A DNA stretch of 57,896 bases from Rickettsiales bacterium (GCA_018062985.1 JAGORE010000003.1:1-57896); one strand, 5' to 3'; positions 37,944-48,589 are shown, counted from the first letter of the stretch. Notes: generated by a model from the sequence alone, not told the origin. A program made the numbers and translations.

Positions 37944-38479
37944 AACGCAAGAAATTCTTTAATTAAATTACTTAATATTTTATTTTGATCTTCGGATTTT
38001 AAATCTCCATTCTGATTAAAACCGTTATAGGCATCAGAAAGAAAAAAACTCTTTGGATATACCACAGCACCACATGATTCAAAAGGAGCTCTATTATGTA
38101 TAAAACCTCTCATACCGCCAAAACCTGATGGCGAAGCCGAAATAAGTAAAATTTTCTTATTTGCCCAAGGCATAGGTCTCACTCTCGAAACCCAATCAAA
38201 AAAATTCTTAAATACTCCCGGCATCATGCTATTATACTCTGGTAGCGCAAAAATCATATGTGTTGAATGTTGCATTTCTTTTACAAAAAGATTTATTTCT
38301 GTAGGTATTCCCTTAGATTCTTCATCATCAGCATTATATAATGAGCAATTGTAATCGTTAAGAAAGCAAATCTTGTAGCTATCTTTTGCTAAAGATTGCG
38401 CAGCTATATTTATCAACTTTTTGTTTGCTGATTCTTTTCTTAAAGAGCCAGCCATCATTATTACTTTTTTCATACCCAT
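37940..38479 (-). CDS. NAD(P)H-dependent FMN reductase-like flavoprotein
   Basis: 179 aa with GSLRKESANKKL, LPEYNSMMPGVFKNFFDWVSR and SASPSGFGGMRG, a flavodoxin-like FMN_red pattern. Confidence 0.75.
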   Translation of the reverse strand: MGMKKVIMMAGSLRKESANKKLINIAAQSLAKDSYKICFLNDYNCSLYNADDEESKGIPTEINLFVKEMQHSTHMIFALPEYNSMMPGVFKNFFDWVSRVRPMPWANKKILLISASPSGFGGMRGFIHNRAPFESCGAVVYPKSFFLSDAYNGFNQNGDLKSEDQNKILSNLIKEFLAF

Positions 38480-38540
38480 CGTAGTAAACTTCCTTAGAAA
38501 TACTTTAAGTCGCTAAGAGAAAAAATACAACAAAAATTCA

Positions 38541-38569
38541 TTTGACTTTTTTTAAAAAAACCATTATAA
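38541..38569 (+). promoter_or_regulatory. Sigma70-like promoter: TTGACT, 17-nt spacer, TATAAA
   Basis: Near-consensus hexamers 31 nt upstream of the lipoprotein gene start. Confidence 0.4.
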
Positions 38570-38599
38570 AGTTACAGAATAATTAATATAAAAAAACAT

Positions 38600-39043
38600 A
38601 TGCATAAAAAAACCATTGCCACATTATTAACTATATCAATCCTATCCTTAACTGCATGCGGAGGAAAAAATGCTTCTCCAGTAATGATTATGCAGTATGG
38701 AGATGATGCAAAATCATGTAAGCAGCTTAACTATGAAATGACTCATATACAAGGGGAAATACAAGCTATTCTACCAAAAACTGATCACACAGCAAAGAAT
38801 GTAGCACTTGGAGTCGCAGGCGCATTCTTTTTAGTCCCTTGGTTCTTTATGGATTTCAAAAATGGCGAACAACAAGAATATGATGCATTACGCCATCGTT
38901 ACAATCATTTATCCTCAATCGCGTTACAAAAAGACTGTCACCTAAAAACCAAAAACTACCCTACAAGCGCTGAAATTATAGCAGAAGTAGAAAAAGCAAA
39001 AAAGAAAGAAGAAGAGCAAAATAAAACCAACAAAAACTCTTAA
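38600..39043 (+). CDS. Hypothetical lipoprotein
   Basis: Signal peptide with lipobox ILSLTAC, an internal hydrophobic helix (VALGVAGAFFLVPWFF) and a Lys/Glu-rich tail. Confidence 0.7.
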   Translation: MHKKTIATLLTISILSLTACGGKNASPVMIMQYGDDAKSCKQLNYEMTHIQGEIQAILPKTDHTAKNVALGVAGAFFLVPWFFMDFKNGEQQEYDALRHRYNHLSSIALQKDCHLKTKNYPTSAEIIAEVEKAKKKEEEQNKTNKNS

Positions 39044-41118
39044 GTCTTTACTTCAAATACTGCTAATATAAAGGCATATTCTTTGGCAACTTCTCTTATA
39101 CGCTCAAAACGTTTGGAGTTGCCACCATGCCCGACTGACATATTAGTTTCAAGAAGCAATGTATTATTATCAGTTTTCATCTCACGTAACTTTGCTACCC
39201 ATTTCGCTGGCTCCCAGTATGTAACCCTAGGATCATTCAGTCCCGCCTGAACATACATATGCGGATACTGCTGTTTCTGAACATTATCATAAGGAGAATA
39301 GGATTTTATATACTCAAAGTATTCTTTATCTTGTGGATTACCCCATTCTTTAAATTCTCCAGGAGTAAGAGGCAAAGAATCATCTAACATCGTATTTAAT
39401 ACATCAACAAAAGGGACGTCAGCAATAACCGCTTTAAATAGCCCAGGATTAGTATTTACCACATTACCAACAAGCATCCCACCGGCACTTCTGCCTACTA
39501 TAACTATATTACCATTTGAAGTATACTTTGCTTCTATGAGATACTTGGCTACATCAACAAAATCTTCAAAAGTTTTGTTCTTGTTTAGAAACTTTGCTTC
39601 TTCATACCATTCAAAACCAAGATCATCACCACCACGAATATGGGCAACAGCAAAAACAAACCCTCGATCTAAAAGCGAAATTACACTCGTACTAAAATTA
39701 GGTGCAACTGAAACACCATAAGAACCATAGCCATATAGGTATAAGGGATTAGAACCATCTTTCTTCAGCAAAGATTTCTTATAAACAACAGATATCGGAA
39801 CCTTTGTTCTACCATCACGTGATAATGCCCATACTCTCTCGCTATTGTAATCCTCAGAGTTATAACCAGAAGGAATTTCTTGTGTCTTCAAAGTTACCAT
39901 TGTTCCTGTCTTAAAATCTCGTTTAAAACACGTTGCTGGAGAAGTCATCGAACTATAATGGATATAAAGGCCGCTATCATCTTTTTCTGAATCTATAACA
40001 GATGCTACATATGTTGGATCAGGGAATGTTATCTCTTCACGGTGTTGTAGATTATTATAGTTATAAATATAAATTTTATCTAAACCTTTTTCTCTGGTTT
40101 CAATGACGAAATGATTGTCATATAAAGAAAAATCCGTTAGATAAACATCTTTACTATAAGGTACTAATTCTTCGTAATTTTTATCCCCCACCTTGTTATC
40201 GGCTAGTTTTACTAACCTAAAATTCTTACCTTTATCGTTAGTTTGGATAAAAAAGGCATTGTTTATATGATCAACACCACATAAATGATCTTCTTTTCTT
40301 TTAATTAATAGATTCTTTCTATGCTGATTATCTAGAGAATTAATATACCAAACCTCATCACTAGTACTGCTTGAAACATCAATAATAATATATTGATAAT
40401 CGCTAGTTTTGGATACCCCAACTCTAAATGTTTTATCTTGCTCTTCGTAGATCAGCTCATCTTCTTTTTGAGATGTACCTAATTTATGGTAAAATAATTT
40501 ATTTGGACGCCAATGCTCATCAACTTTAGTATAATAAAACCCTTGACCGTTTTCCTGCCACACAACATTACCTATTGTGTCTTCCACCACATCTTTTAAT
40601 ATCTGATTAGAATCTAAGTTCTTTATATTAATTGTATAACGTTCATCACCCTCAACATCTGTTGAGTAAGCCATGATATTTTCTTGAGGACTAATAGAAA
40701 TTGTTCCAAGTCTAAAATATTTTTGTCCTTTAGACAGAGAGTTTTCATCTAAAATAACCTCCCCTTTACCTTTTTCCTTCTTACTTCTCAGATGCACAAC
40801 ATAATTAGATTTTGCTGTGGTTTTGCTAAAATAGAAAAAATTACGATACTTGATAGGAATAGATTTATCAGATAACTTTATTCTACCTTTTAACTCAGTA
40901 AAAATATCATTTATTGATCGCTTTAGCGGCTTAAAAAAAGCATTGCAATAAAGATTTTCTTTTTTTAGATATGACAAAATATCTTTATCTTTAACATTAG
41001 GCCAATTTTTATCACGCAACCATTGGTAACTATCTCCAACTTCCTGATCATGTATTTTATAAGAAAAATGTTTTTGCTTAGCTCGCGGAGCGGAGTGTTT
41101 GTTCATAGACTTCAACAA
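39040..41118 (-). CDS. ptrB: Oligopeptidase B (protease II, S9A family)
   Basis: 692 aa with an N-terminal propeller domain and a C-terminal alpha/beta hydrolase domain. The latter has GRSAGGML (GxSxGG nucleophile), a D.RV segment and a GHGG histidine context. Confidence 0.9.
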   Translation of the reverse strand: MLKSMNKHSAPRAKQKHFSYKIHDQEVGDSYQWLRDKNWPNVKDKDILSYLKKENLYCNAFFKPLKRSINDIFTELKGRIKLSDKSIPIKYRNFFYFSKTTAKSNYVVHLRSKKEKGKGEVILDENSLSKGQKYFRLGTISISPQENIMAYSTDVEGDERYTINIKNLDSNQILKDVVEDTIGNVVWQENGQGFYYTKVDEHWRPNKLFYHKLGTSQKEDELIYEEQDKTFRVGVSKTSDYQYIIIDVSSSTSDEVWYINSLDNQHRKNLLIKRKEDHLCGVDHINNAFFIQTNDKGKNFRLVKLADNKVGDKNYEELVPYSKDVYLTDFSLYDNHFVIETREKGLDKIYIYNYNNLQHREEITFPDPTYVASVIDSEKDDSGLYIHYSSMTSPATCFKRDFKTGTMVTLKTQEIPSGYNSEDYNSERVWALSRDGRTKVPISVVYKKSLLKKDGSNPLYLYGYGSYGVSVAPNFSTSVISLLDRGFVFAVAHIRGGDDLGFEWYEEAKFLNKNKTFEDFVDVAKYLIEAKYTSNGNIVIVGRSAGGMLVGNVVNTNPGLFKAVIADVPFVDVLNTMLDDSLPLTPGEFKEWGNPQDKEYFEYIKSYSPYDNVQKQQYPHMYVQAGLNDPRVTYWEPAKWVAKLREMKTDNNTLLLETNMSVGHGGNSKRFERIREVAKEYAFILAVFEVKT

Positions 41119-41161
41119 TTAAATTCTTGTTTAATATACATTAGTTTTATCAAGAACAAAA

Positions 41162-41755
41162 TTAAAATTTATATACCAAATTTAATAAAAATTCTCTACT
41201 AGTAACATTTTGAATAGATTGATTGTTACTCACTCCTACAGAACCCAAATTTACATATTTACAATTAAAATCAAGCAATAGTTTGTTTGTAATTTTTATA
41301 AAAACACCAGCACCAATATCATAAAGCATTGAATTATTATTGCCATCAATCATTTGATTTGTAGGTCTAGAAGTATTATAACTGGCACCGACACCACCCA
41401 TCAAATATGGCACTACTCTTTGAGAACTATTTCTTTTTAAATACACATTAAAGAATAAAGAATGCATTTTTATATTATGGGTCAAACCATTAGCTTGAGA
41501 TCGGTGTTTATGCGCATTACGTAATAATACCTCCGTAGACAAGGATTTCAAATCTTTGCCAAAAGCAATGCTGTAAACTCCATCTTTGTTTGAATGGACA
41601 TTGCTATTAGATTTGATACTAAATAAGTCAAAAGAGGTTGTTCTTATATACCTGAGATTATTGAACCACTCTCTCACAACAGTTCCTTGAGCAGGCATAC
41701 ATAAGAAGATGCATAATCCTATAGAAGAAAAATATCTCAGTAAAACCTTAAACAT
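41162..41755 (-). CDS. Small beta-barrel outer membrane protein (paralog 3)
   Basis: Signal peptide ...FLCMPAQG, LMGGVGASY and IGAGVFI glycine motifs, and a C-terminal LLNLVYKF ending in Phe. Confidence 0.7.
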   Translation of the reverse strand: MFKVLLRYFSSIGLCIFLCMPAQGTVVREWFNNLRYIRTTSFDLFSIKSNSNVHSNKDGVYSIAFGKDLKSLSTEVLLRNAHKHRSQANGLTHNIKMHSLFFNVYLKRNSSQRVVPYLMGGVGASYNTSRPTNQMIDGNNNSMLYDIGAGVFIKITNKLLLDFNCKYVNLGSVGVSNNQSIQNVTSREFLLNLVYKF

Positions 41756-41822
41756 TATCTTATTTCATACTCATTACTAGTCAATAGTAACTGGTGTTTG
41801 TTAAGAAATGGTTAAAACGATG

Positions 41823-43055
41823 CTAATTTCGTCCTTGTTTCCGAAGAAACATCAAGGAAATCAATGCGCACAAAGAGAAAAACATCAATATAGTGTAAAT
41901 AGCTGAAAATGACTTTAAATGTTTCCACACCAACAAACTCAAAGGTGCGGTGAATCCTCCAAGTTGATAGCCTATAGAGAAAAATAACGAAATAAGCGAA
42001 TAACGTTCCTTTGTATGAAATAATTGTTGTATCCAAGCATTAAATGGTCCAATAAACCACGCCATTAAAATGGCGAAACCAAGTTTCATTAGAATAATAT
42101 TCTCAAGTTTATTTGTTTCTAACAATGAAATTAATGGATATGATAGAATTAAAATCCCTATAATAGAATATTGCATAGATTGATTTAGCCCTATTCTATC
42201 AGCTAACTTACCAAAAACAGGATACAGCAGCATTGATATCACCGTTGTTATAGTATTAATTAGCATAATAGTTGATAAAGAAAATGAAGTGGCAATTGGA
42301 AGCAAGGAATTCATTAAGATTGTTGGCATAATACATAATGCTCCAAATAATCCAGATACAGAAATAGCCACTAGAGCTCTTTTATAATTAGCAATGTTTT
42401 CTAGATCAGACCTAGGAATGCTTTGCTTCTGATTCTTAATAAAATCTGGCGTCTCATATATCAATTTTCTCATATATAATCCCAAGAAACCAGCGATAAA
42501 CCCTATAAAATATGGAATGCGCCAATATTTCTCAGGTAAATATGAAATTGTTGTAGCAACAGTAGTAGCAAATAAGATACCAACCACTGTATACATTGAA
42601 TACAAACCACTCACATAACCTTGCCTAGATGTATCGCTATGCTCTAAAGAAAAGATAGCCGCACCATTATACTCACCAGCAAGGAAAAACCCTTGTAAAC
42701 TACGGAAAATTACAAAAGATATAGGGGCAAGATAACCTATTGACTGATAATCTGGTAATGCACCTATCATACCCGTAACTGCTGCCATCCCTCCAATACT
42801 TATTAGCAACGCTCTTTTTCTACCATAAATATCTCCAATCCTTCCTATAACTACCGCACCTATCGGCCTCACAATAATACTAATTGGGGTCATAACAAAA
42901 GTTAAGATCAGCGCATCAAGCTTATCAACACCAGGTAAAAAAATAGAAATGAGTAAAGGTGCCATTAACCCATATAATGACATATCGTAATACTCTAGTG
43001 CTGTACCAATCATGGCAGCAGCCACAGATCTATTACTACGTTTCTTTTGTGCCAT
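41823..43055 (-). CDS. proP: MFS transporter, ProP (proline/betaine)-like
   Basis: 12-TM pattern with GRIGDIYGRKRALLISI (MFS loop 2-3 motif). The start is set at the ATG at 43055 (MAQKKRSNRS) because the longer ORF runs through the tRNA-Asp gene. Confidence 0.82.
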   Translation of the reverse strand: MAQKKRSNRSVAAAMIGTALEYYDMSLYGLMAPLLISIFLPGVDKLDALILTFVMTPISIIVRPIGAVVIGRIGDIYGRKRALLISIGGMAAVTGMIGALPDYQSIGYLAPISFVIFRSLQGFFLAGEYNGAAIFSLEHSDTSRQGYVSGLYSMYTVVGILFATTVATTISYLPEKYWRIPYFIGFIAGFLGLYMRKLIYETPDFIKNQKQSIPRSDLENIANYKRALVAISVSGLFGALCIMPTILMNSLLPIATSFSLSTIMLINTITTVISMLLYPVFGKLADRIGLNQSMQYSIIGILILSYPLISLLETNKLENIILMKLGFAILMAWFIGPFNAWIQQLFHTKERYSLISLFFSIGYQLGGFTAPLSLLVWKHLKSFSAIYTILMFFSLCALISLMFLRKQGRN

Positions 43056-43128
43056 CTTTGATCTAACTCTATTATTTACTACAGTTTTGATATGTATGCT
43101 CAAACTGAGAATAATTTTTTTATAGGAG

Positions 43129-43206
43129 TGGCGGGAGTGACCGGACTCGAACCGGCGACCTCCTGCGTGACAGGCAGGCGCTCTAACCAAGCTGAGCTAC
43201 ACCCCC
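43129..43206 (-). tRNA. tRNA-Asp (anticodon GUC)
   Basis: The reverse complement folds as GGGGGTG..GCTC-AGCTTGGTTA-GAGC..CCTGC-CTGTCAC-GCAGG..GCCGG-TTCGAGT-CCGGT-CACTCCC-G-CCA. Confidence 0.9.
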
Positions 43207-43377
43207 TATAAATTAGAACTTTTATTCTCTTGTATAGGATTTCTCAAAATAAGTAAAGCACTTATAAAAAAAATATATACAATTATAAAATAATTAGAAA
43301 AAACAGAGAAAAAATATAACTTTTATTTTCAACGGTGCTATGATAGCTTGTAATTTTTAAAGATAAAGCATTGAATC

Positions 43378-43839
43378 ATGTACTTTTTTTCACTTTTTTT
43401 TATGATTTTCATAATTCTCAAGCAAGAAATCTCTACCGTTGCCATACTAGAGAGTCTTGTATTTGCAACCCTCACTTTCCTAATTAACAAACAATATATC
43501 ACTAGACAGAATCTATCTCAGACAAGAAATTTTCGCGTGACAAAAATATTTGTATTGTCATTAAGAGTCATGAAAGACATACTCATATCTTCATGGAACG
43601 TTTCAACATTAGTTTTATCAAAAAAAAACTTAATGAATATTTCACCTGTAATAAAAAAAATCACTATAAAATCCCTTACAAAGACACAAGCAGTAATCTT
43701 AGCCAATTATATTACTTCAACACCAGGTACAATAAGTTTTGATGTATCTACCGAAGAAATATACATCCACGCTTTAAAAGAAGAATACATTAAAGATATC
43801 AAGAACTCTGGACTAATTAACTATATAGAAAAAATATAA
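43378..43839 (+). CDS. mrpE: Mrp-type cation/proton antiporter subunit E
   Basis: 153 aa with two N-terminal TM helices followed by a soluble part. It is the first gene of a tight co-directional cluster with recognisable F, G, B, C and D subunits. Confidence 0.65.
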   Translation: MYFFSLFFMIFIILKQEISTVAILESLVFATLTFLINKQYITRQNLSQTRNFRVTKIFVLSLRVMKDILISSWNVSTLVLSKKNLMNISPVIKKITIKSLTKTQAVILANYITSTPGTISFDVSTEEIYIHALKEEYIKDIKNSGLINYIEKI

Positions 43840-43843
43840 ATTT

Positions 43844-44098
43844 ATGATTTATTGCACAACATTATTTATTATCTTAGCAATGCTAATAATGTTATTAAAC
43901 TTCTTTAGAACTAAGAACTTCTTAAGCAAAATTGTATGCTTAAACAGCATAGTCTCTTATATAGTAATCCTGACGGCATTCTTAGCAGTTGTAAAAAAGT
44001 ACCCCTACTATCTTGATCTATCTATAGTGTACGCCTTACTCGGGGGGGTGACTTCTATAGGGTTTTTAAAATATTGCATTTCAACAAACCAAAAATAA
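43844..44098 (+). CDS. mrpF: Mrp-type antiporter subunit F
   Basis: 84 aa and 3 TM helices, with the pattern R...FLSKIVCLNS...YLDLSIVYALLGGVTSIGFLKY typical of MnhF. Confidence 0.7.
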   Translation: MIYCTTLFIILAMLIMLLNFFRTKNFLSKIVCLNSIVSYIVILTAFLAVVKKYPYYLDLSIVYALLGGVTSIGFLKYCISTNQK

Positions 44099-44099
44099 A

Positions 44100-44417
44100 A
44101 TGGAATACTTAGGAATAGCATTAATTATTATCGGAGGAATATTTTGTGCAGTTGGTGCATTTGGTTTTTATAGAATGCCAGACTTATATACAAAAATGCA
44201 TGCCTCTGGAATAAGCGATTCCTGCGGATGTATGATTTCTATTGTAGGCATTATTTGCCTCACCGGCTTTGATAAAATAGCACTAAAATTACTGTTTCTT
44301 TTATGTGTATTACTTGTTATGAATGCTACATCTACTAATATCTTAACAAGAGCGGCTGCAGTTACCAACAACAAACCTATACTTGGCAAATTAAAAAAGA
44401 AAGTAGAGAATGATTAG
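44100..44417 (+). CDS. mrpG: Mrp-type antiporter subunit G
   Basis: 105 aa with GAFGFYRMPDLYTKMHASG, the MnhG signature (G..R.PD.y.R.HA). Confidence 0.78.
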   Translation: MEYLGIALIIIGGIFCAVGAFGFYRMPDLYTKMHASGISDSCGCMISIVGIICLTGFDKIALKLLFLLCVLLVMNATSTNILTRAAAVTNNKPILGKLKKKVEND

Positions 44418-44943
44418 TCTTTATAGCGAAATATTCACTCTAACACTTATATTGATTCTGGGGATATATTGCATTGTTTCCCAAAAGCTTCTTGTCTCAA
44501 TTCTTTCTCTTTCTCTAATTAGTTTATTCTCTGCGTTCTTTTATCTAATAATAGGCGCACCAGATGTTGCGTTAACAGAAGCATCTGTAGGTGCTACTGT
44601 TAGCACTTGCATTATCTTAGCAGCGCTAGAAAAATACGGTTATATTATTGAAGAAAATCTCAGCACTCATGCCAAATTAGCCCCTTTATTTTTTTGCATT
44701 ACCTTATTTATAACCTTGTGCTACTTTGTGACATACCTACCTATTTATGGAGATATATATTCAGCAGCTAATCAAGGTGTTGCCCTTGAATACAAACAGC
44801 ACATTTTAGATGATACAAAAGTTGGTTCGTTAGTAACTGGAATACTAGCCAGTTATAGAGGCTTTGATACTTTAGGAGAAACATTTGTAATTCTTACGTC
44901 TGGAATAGCTGTTAGTGCAATATTAAAAGGTACAAATGAATAA
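44410..44943 (+). CDS. Mrp-associated membrane subunit equivalent to the MrpA C-terminal / MbhD-MbhE module
   Basis: 177 aa with GAPDVALTEASVGATVST (DUF4040-type motif) and ILASYRGFDTLGETFVIL (MnhB N-terminal-type motif). Confidence 0.7.
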   Translation: MISLYSEIFTLTLILILGIYCIVSQKLLVSILSLSLISLFSAFFYLIIGAPDVALTEASVGATVSTCIILAALEKYGYIIEENLSTHAKLAPLFFCITLFITLCYFVTYLPIYGDIYSAANQGVALEYKQHILDDTKVGSLVTGILASYRGFDTLGETFVILTSGIAVSAILKGTNE

Positions 44944-45361
44944 CAACCCCAAGCGCAAATTATTAAATAACATTATAATTCATGTGGTTGGAAAACTTTG
45001 TTTCCCAATAATTCTATTATTTGCATTTTATATTCAAATTAATGGGGACAACGCTCCAGGAGGAGGTTTCCAAGCTGGTGTGATCGCTGCCTCTGCTTTT
45101 ATATTACATAGCTTCATTTTTAACAAAGACACCACGTTAAAGATTTTGCCACAAACATTGCTCACTTACTTGTCTGTGTTTGGAGTACTCTTATACTTAA
45201 TCACTGGTGTTATATGCATTATTTTAGGTGGTTATTTCTTAGAATATAATGCCCTTAATTTCATCAACTTAAACTCTAAAACAGGGATTGTGTTGATTGA
45301 ATGGGGAGTTGGAATAACCGTGTTTTCAATAATATGTAAGATATATTATTATTTTTTATAG
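44936..45361 (+). CDS. mrpB: Mrp-type antiporter subunit B
   Basis: 141 aa with INGDNAPGGGFQAGVIAASAF, the MnhB core motif. Confidence 0.78.
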   Translation: MNNNPKRKLLNNIIIHVVGKLCFPIILLFAFYIQINGDNAPGGGFQAGVIAASAFILHSFIFNKDTTLKILPQTLLTYLSVFGVLLYLITGVICIILGGYFLEYNALNFINLNSKTGIVLIEWGVGITVFSIICKIYYYFL

Positions 45362-45371
45362 TAGAATTCAA

Positions 45372-45701
45372 ATGACCTTAACTTATATTCAAGTATCAAA
45401 CACCCCTTATATTATTTCTTTTGCATTATTTTGTATAAGTTTATATGGAATTCTTATATCGCAAGACAGATTTAAGAAAATCTTATGCTTAGGACTTTTA
45501 CAAACTGCTTCTATAATTTTTTTTATGATCTTAAGTAAAGTAGATGGAAATAAGGTACCTTTTGTAACTCATCCTCAAGAGGCTAATTTATCTTTATTAG
45601 CAAATCCACTACCCCATGTCTTAATGTTAACTGCTATTGTCGTTAGCGTTGCTACTTTAGCTGTAGGCCTTGCTTTAATCATCAAAATAAAAAACAAATA
45701 A
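45372..45701 (+). CDS. mrpC: Mrp-type antiporter subunit C (NuoK-like)
   Basis: 109 aa and 3 TM helices, with ANPLPHVLMLTAIVVSVATLAVGLAL as in MnhC. Confidence 0.8.
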   Translation: MTLTYIQVSNTPYIISFALFCISLYGILISQDRFKKILCLGLLQTASIIFFMILSKVDGNKVPFVTHPQEANLSLLANPLPHVLMLTAIVVSVATLAVGLALIIKIKNK

Positions 45702-45703
45702 AC

Positions 45704-47128
45704 ATGTTCAATTTTTACATTATTTCACAACTACTGTTACCTTTATTTACAGCGACATTACTTTTATTAACTCAGAATAAAAAAATATCATATTTCGTTA
45801 CAACAATAACATCAGGCATTCTAACAATTTTTTCTTTTTTTATTTTATATTATTCATATTTTAATGACTACAGATACTTCTTCGGAGGATGGCTCCCCCC
45901 ACTCGGCATAGAGTTACTAATAACCTTTTCAAACGCTATCTTGCTATCTTTAATATCTCTCTCAGCATTCCTTACTTTTCTTCTTGGACATGCCTCATTT
46001 TATCATCAAAGAAATATAAACCACTCATCCTTTTGTTCATTATTTCTTATTGCCCTCACAGGAACATTTGGAATCGTGATAACAAACGATTTTTTTAATC
46101 TATATGTCTTTATAGAAATTGCATCTATCGCTTTATACGCACTAACTTCTGTAGGCACAATAAACTCTACAAAATCAGCTTTTGATTATTTAATTATTGG
46201 TACAATTGCTGCCATTATTATTTTAATGGGGATAGGGGTCTTATATAGTGCCTCTGGTACATTAAATATTGATCATTTTATCTCATTAACACCAAATATA
46301 AAAAATACATCACTTCTTTCAATCGGCTCATGCCTTATTATTGTAGGATTGGCATTAAAAGCATCTTTATTTCCCTTACACACTTGGTTAATAAATTTAT
46401 ACACCACAACCAACAATATTGTTGTGCCATTTTTAAGCGCTGTCTCCACAAAGATTTATGTATTCTTGGTAATAAAGATGGCTATGTTTATACTACCGAT
46501 AAGCAACATTATGATCAACACACTCTCATTATTAGCAATCATAGGTGCTATCATTACATCCTTTGCCGCAACACAACAACAAACTATAAGAAGTATTCTG
46601 GCATACTCTTCTTTAACTAACATTTGTTATATATTCTTAGTATTAAATATTCAACGATCTCTAGAAGTAACATTATTATTGATTGTAAGTCATAGCCTAG
46701 TCAAACTCTCCCTGTTTATATTAACAAATCATATTATCGAAACCAAGAAAACTAATACTATCACATCGCTAAATGCGCTATTTTTTGAAATGCCTCTTAT
46801 AGTCATATTATTTATTATTAACGCTGCAAGTCTCATAGGAATTCCATTTACTTTAGGTTTTATTAGCAAGTTTTATTTATTACTAGGATTAATAAAAAAT
46901 CACCACTGGACAATCACCATCCCTATATTAGTGTCGTCATTTATGAGCTTAATCTATTTCTGGAAAATAATAGAAACTATGATTGAAAAAAAAGAAACAG
47001 AGCTAATACCCACACCGCCTTTGCAACGCAACTATGTTATAGAATATGGTGTGCTAATTCTAACTTTAATAAACATTCTTATAGGAGTAGCTTTTATTTA
47101 CACTCCTTTTAATTTTCAATTTAATTAG
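45704..47128 (+). CDS. mrpD: Mrp-type antiporter subunit D (NuoN/NuoM-like), copy 1
   Basis: 474 aa and about 14 TM helices, with proton-antiporter-M features (FNLYVFIEIASIALYAL, KASLFPLHTWL). Confidence 0.82.
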   Translation: MFNFYIISQLLLPLFTATLLLLTQNKKISYFVTTITSGILTIFSFFILYYSYFNDYRYFFGGWLPPLGIELLITFSNAILLSLISLSAFLTFLLGHASFYHQRNINHSSFCSLFLIALTGTFGIVITNDFFNLYVFIEIASIALYALTSVGTINSTKSAFDYLIIGTIAAIIILMGIGVLYSASGTLNIDHFISLTPNIKNTSLLSIGSCLIIVGLALKASLFPLHTWLINLYTTTNNIVVPFLSAVSTKIYVFLVIKMAMFILPISNIMINTLSLLAIIGAIITSFAATQQQTIRSILAYSSLTNICYIFLVLNIQRSLEVTLLLIVSHSLVKLSLFILTNHIIETKKTNTITSLNALFFEMPLIVILFIINAASLIGIPFTLGFISKFYLLLGLIKNHHWTITIPILVSSFMSLIYFWKIIETMIEKKETELIPTPPLQRNYVIEYGVLILTLINILIGVAFIYTPFNFQFN

Positions 47129-47137
47129 AGAGATATC

Positions 47138-48589
47138 GTGGAAATAAATATTTTATTACTAATTGCCACTATTATCACTCAATTAGCAACAAATTTTTTC
47201 ACTCAGAAGCAATCACATTACATCTTTACTATATCAAACTGTACTTTTAGTGCGATCATTACTCTTATCTGTTTCTATACAAGCTTTCTCTTTATAAATA
47301 ACGAGCAATCATTTATAGAGATAGATTTTATAATACTAAAAGCCAACATAGAACCGCTAACCCTCATTTTCTTAAATATGATCAGCATATTATGGCTCAT
47401 TACAAATATCTATTCCCACAGTTATTTACATATGAACCCAGAAATAAATATTAAAAAATTCTATATTTGCACCACAGGCTCTATATTCAGCACTATAATG
47501 ATTGCAATATCTAATACCTTAATTAGCACTTTTGCATTTTATGAATTACTGACTCTTTTTACTTACCCTCTTATATCTAACACGAATACCAACCACGAAA
47601 AAAAAGAAGCAAGATTTTACTTGTATTTTCTCATCTCCACCTCATCAATTATACTATTTCCTTTAATTTTGTTTCTAGGTACTCACTTCAGTACTGTTAC
47701 TTTTAAAGTTGGCGGTATACTAAACAACGACTATGCTTATATAACACCTATGGTTATCTTAGTGTTATACGGAGTAGCAAAAGCAGCTATAATACCAGTG
47801 CATTTTTGGTTGCCACGAGCAATGGTGGCACCAATACCTGTCAGTGCATTATTACATGCTGTAGCAGTAGTGAAATCTGGAATATTTATAATAATCAAAA
47901 TGTACATTTATATATTTGGTATAAAAATGCTTAAACATCTACCATCTTGGCATGGGGTAAATATAATAACAATACTATGCGCATTATCTATGCTTCTTTC
48001 AGCTATAATAGCCATCTATCAAGTAACCTTAAAAAAATTATTGGCATACTCGACCATCAATCAACTCTCTCTTTGTCTACTCGCAGCATCTTTATTCACT
48101 GTCCACGGCATTAAAGCTTCAATACTTCATCTACTAAGTCATGCAGTTAGCAAAATCACTTTATTTTTTACCGCAGGATATATTTATTCTAACGCTAGAA
48201 TCACAAAAATAAAGGATATGAATGGACTAGCAAAAAAATTACCTGTAACATCTTTTATGTTTGCAATAGGAGCATTATCTGTCATAGGTATCCCACCATT
48301 AGCTGGCTTCATTAGCAAAGCTTATATTCTCTATGCAGCCATCGCTGCGCAACCTAATTACTTAGTAATGTTTACTATCACCGCAAGCATAATCCTCTCT
48401 ACCCATTATTTTGGGACCATAATATATAAAATATATTTCCAAAAAATGGATACAAAAGATAGAGCAATTTATTCAGAAACTTCTAACTCATCAATGATTG
48501 TTGGGACTATTTTTTCAATCATATTAGTATTTACATATATAATATGCTATCCATATATTATTTCGTTACTAGAGAGGATAAATTATTAA
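47138..48589 (+). CDS. Mrp-type antiporter subunit D-like (NuoM/N-like), copy 2
   Basis: 483 aa with a GTG start. Motifs are FAFYELLTLFTYPLI, KAAIIPVHFWLPRAMVAPIPVSALLHAVAVVKSG and SHAVSKITLFF. Confidence 0.82.
   Translation: MEINILLLIATIITQLATNFFTQKQSHYIFTISNCTFSAIITLICFYTSFLFINNEQSFIEIDFIILKANIEPLTLIFLNMISILWLITNIYSHSYLHMNPEINIKKFYICTTGSIFSTIMIAISNTLISTFAFYELLTLFTYPLISNTNTNHEKKEARFYLYFLISTSSIILFPLILFLGTHFSTVTFKVGGILNNDYAYITPMVILVLYGVAKAAIIPVHFWLPRAMVAPIPVSALLHAVAVVKSGIFIIIKMYIYIFGIKMLKHLPSWHGVNIITILCALSMLLSAIIAIYQVTLKKLLAYSTINQLSLCLLAASLFTVHGIKASILHLLSHAVSKITLFFTAGYIYSNARITKIKDMNGLAKKLPVTSFMFAIGALSVIGIPPLAGFISKAYILYAAIAAQPNYLVMFTITASIILSTHYFGTIIYKIYFQKMDTKDRAIYSETSNSSMIVGTIFSIILVFTYIICYPYIISLLERINY

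Noticed and set aside
43056-43190. The N-terminal 45 codons of the ORF-track entry 41823-43190 (MVRAPACHAGGRRFESGH...).
   Set aside because: This part is the reverse reading of tRNA-Asp(GUC). The transporter more plausibly starts at the ATG at 43055.
43620-43660. Poly(A) runs of 8-9 nt inside mrpE. Similar runs occur elsewhere, for example at 30176-30183 in the GS-like gene. They could be slippage or frameshift sites.
   Set aside because: All of them are in frame with intact ORFs, and such homopolymers are expected in AT-rich genomes. Nothing suggests programmed slippage.
48544-48588. A 15-codon N-terminal extension of the third antiporter-like gene that overlaps the previous gene by 46 nt.
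   Set aside because: The ATG at 48589 forms a TAATG stop/start overlap and begins directly with a TM helix. The longer form is possible but less parsimonious.
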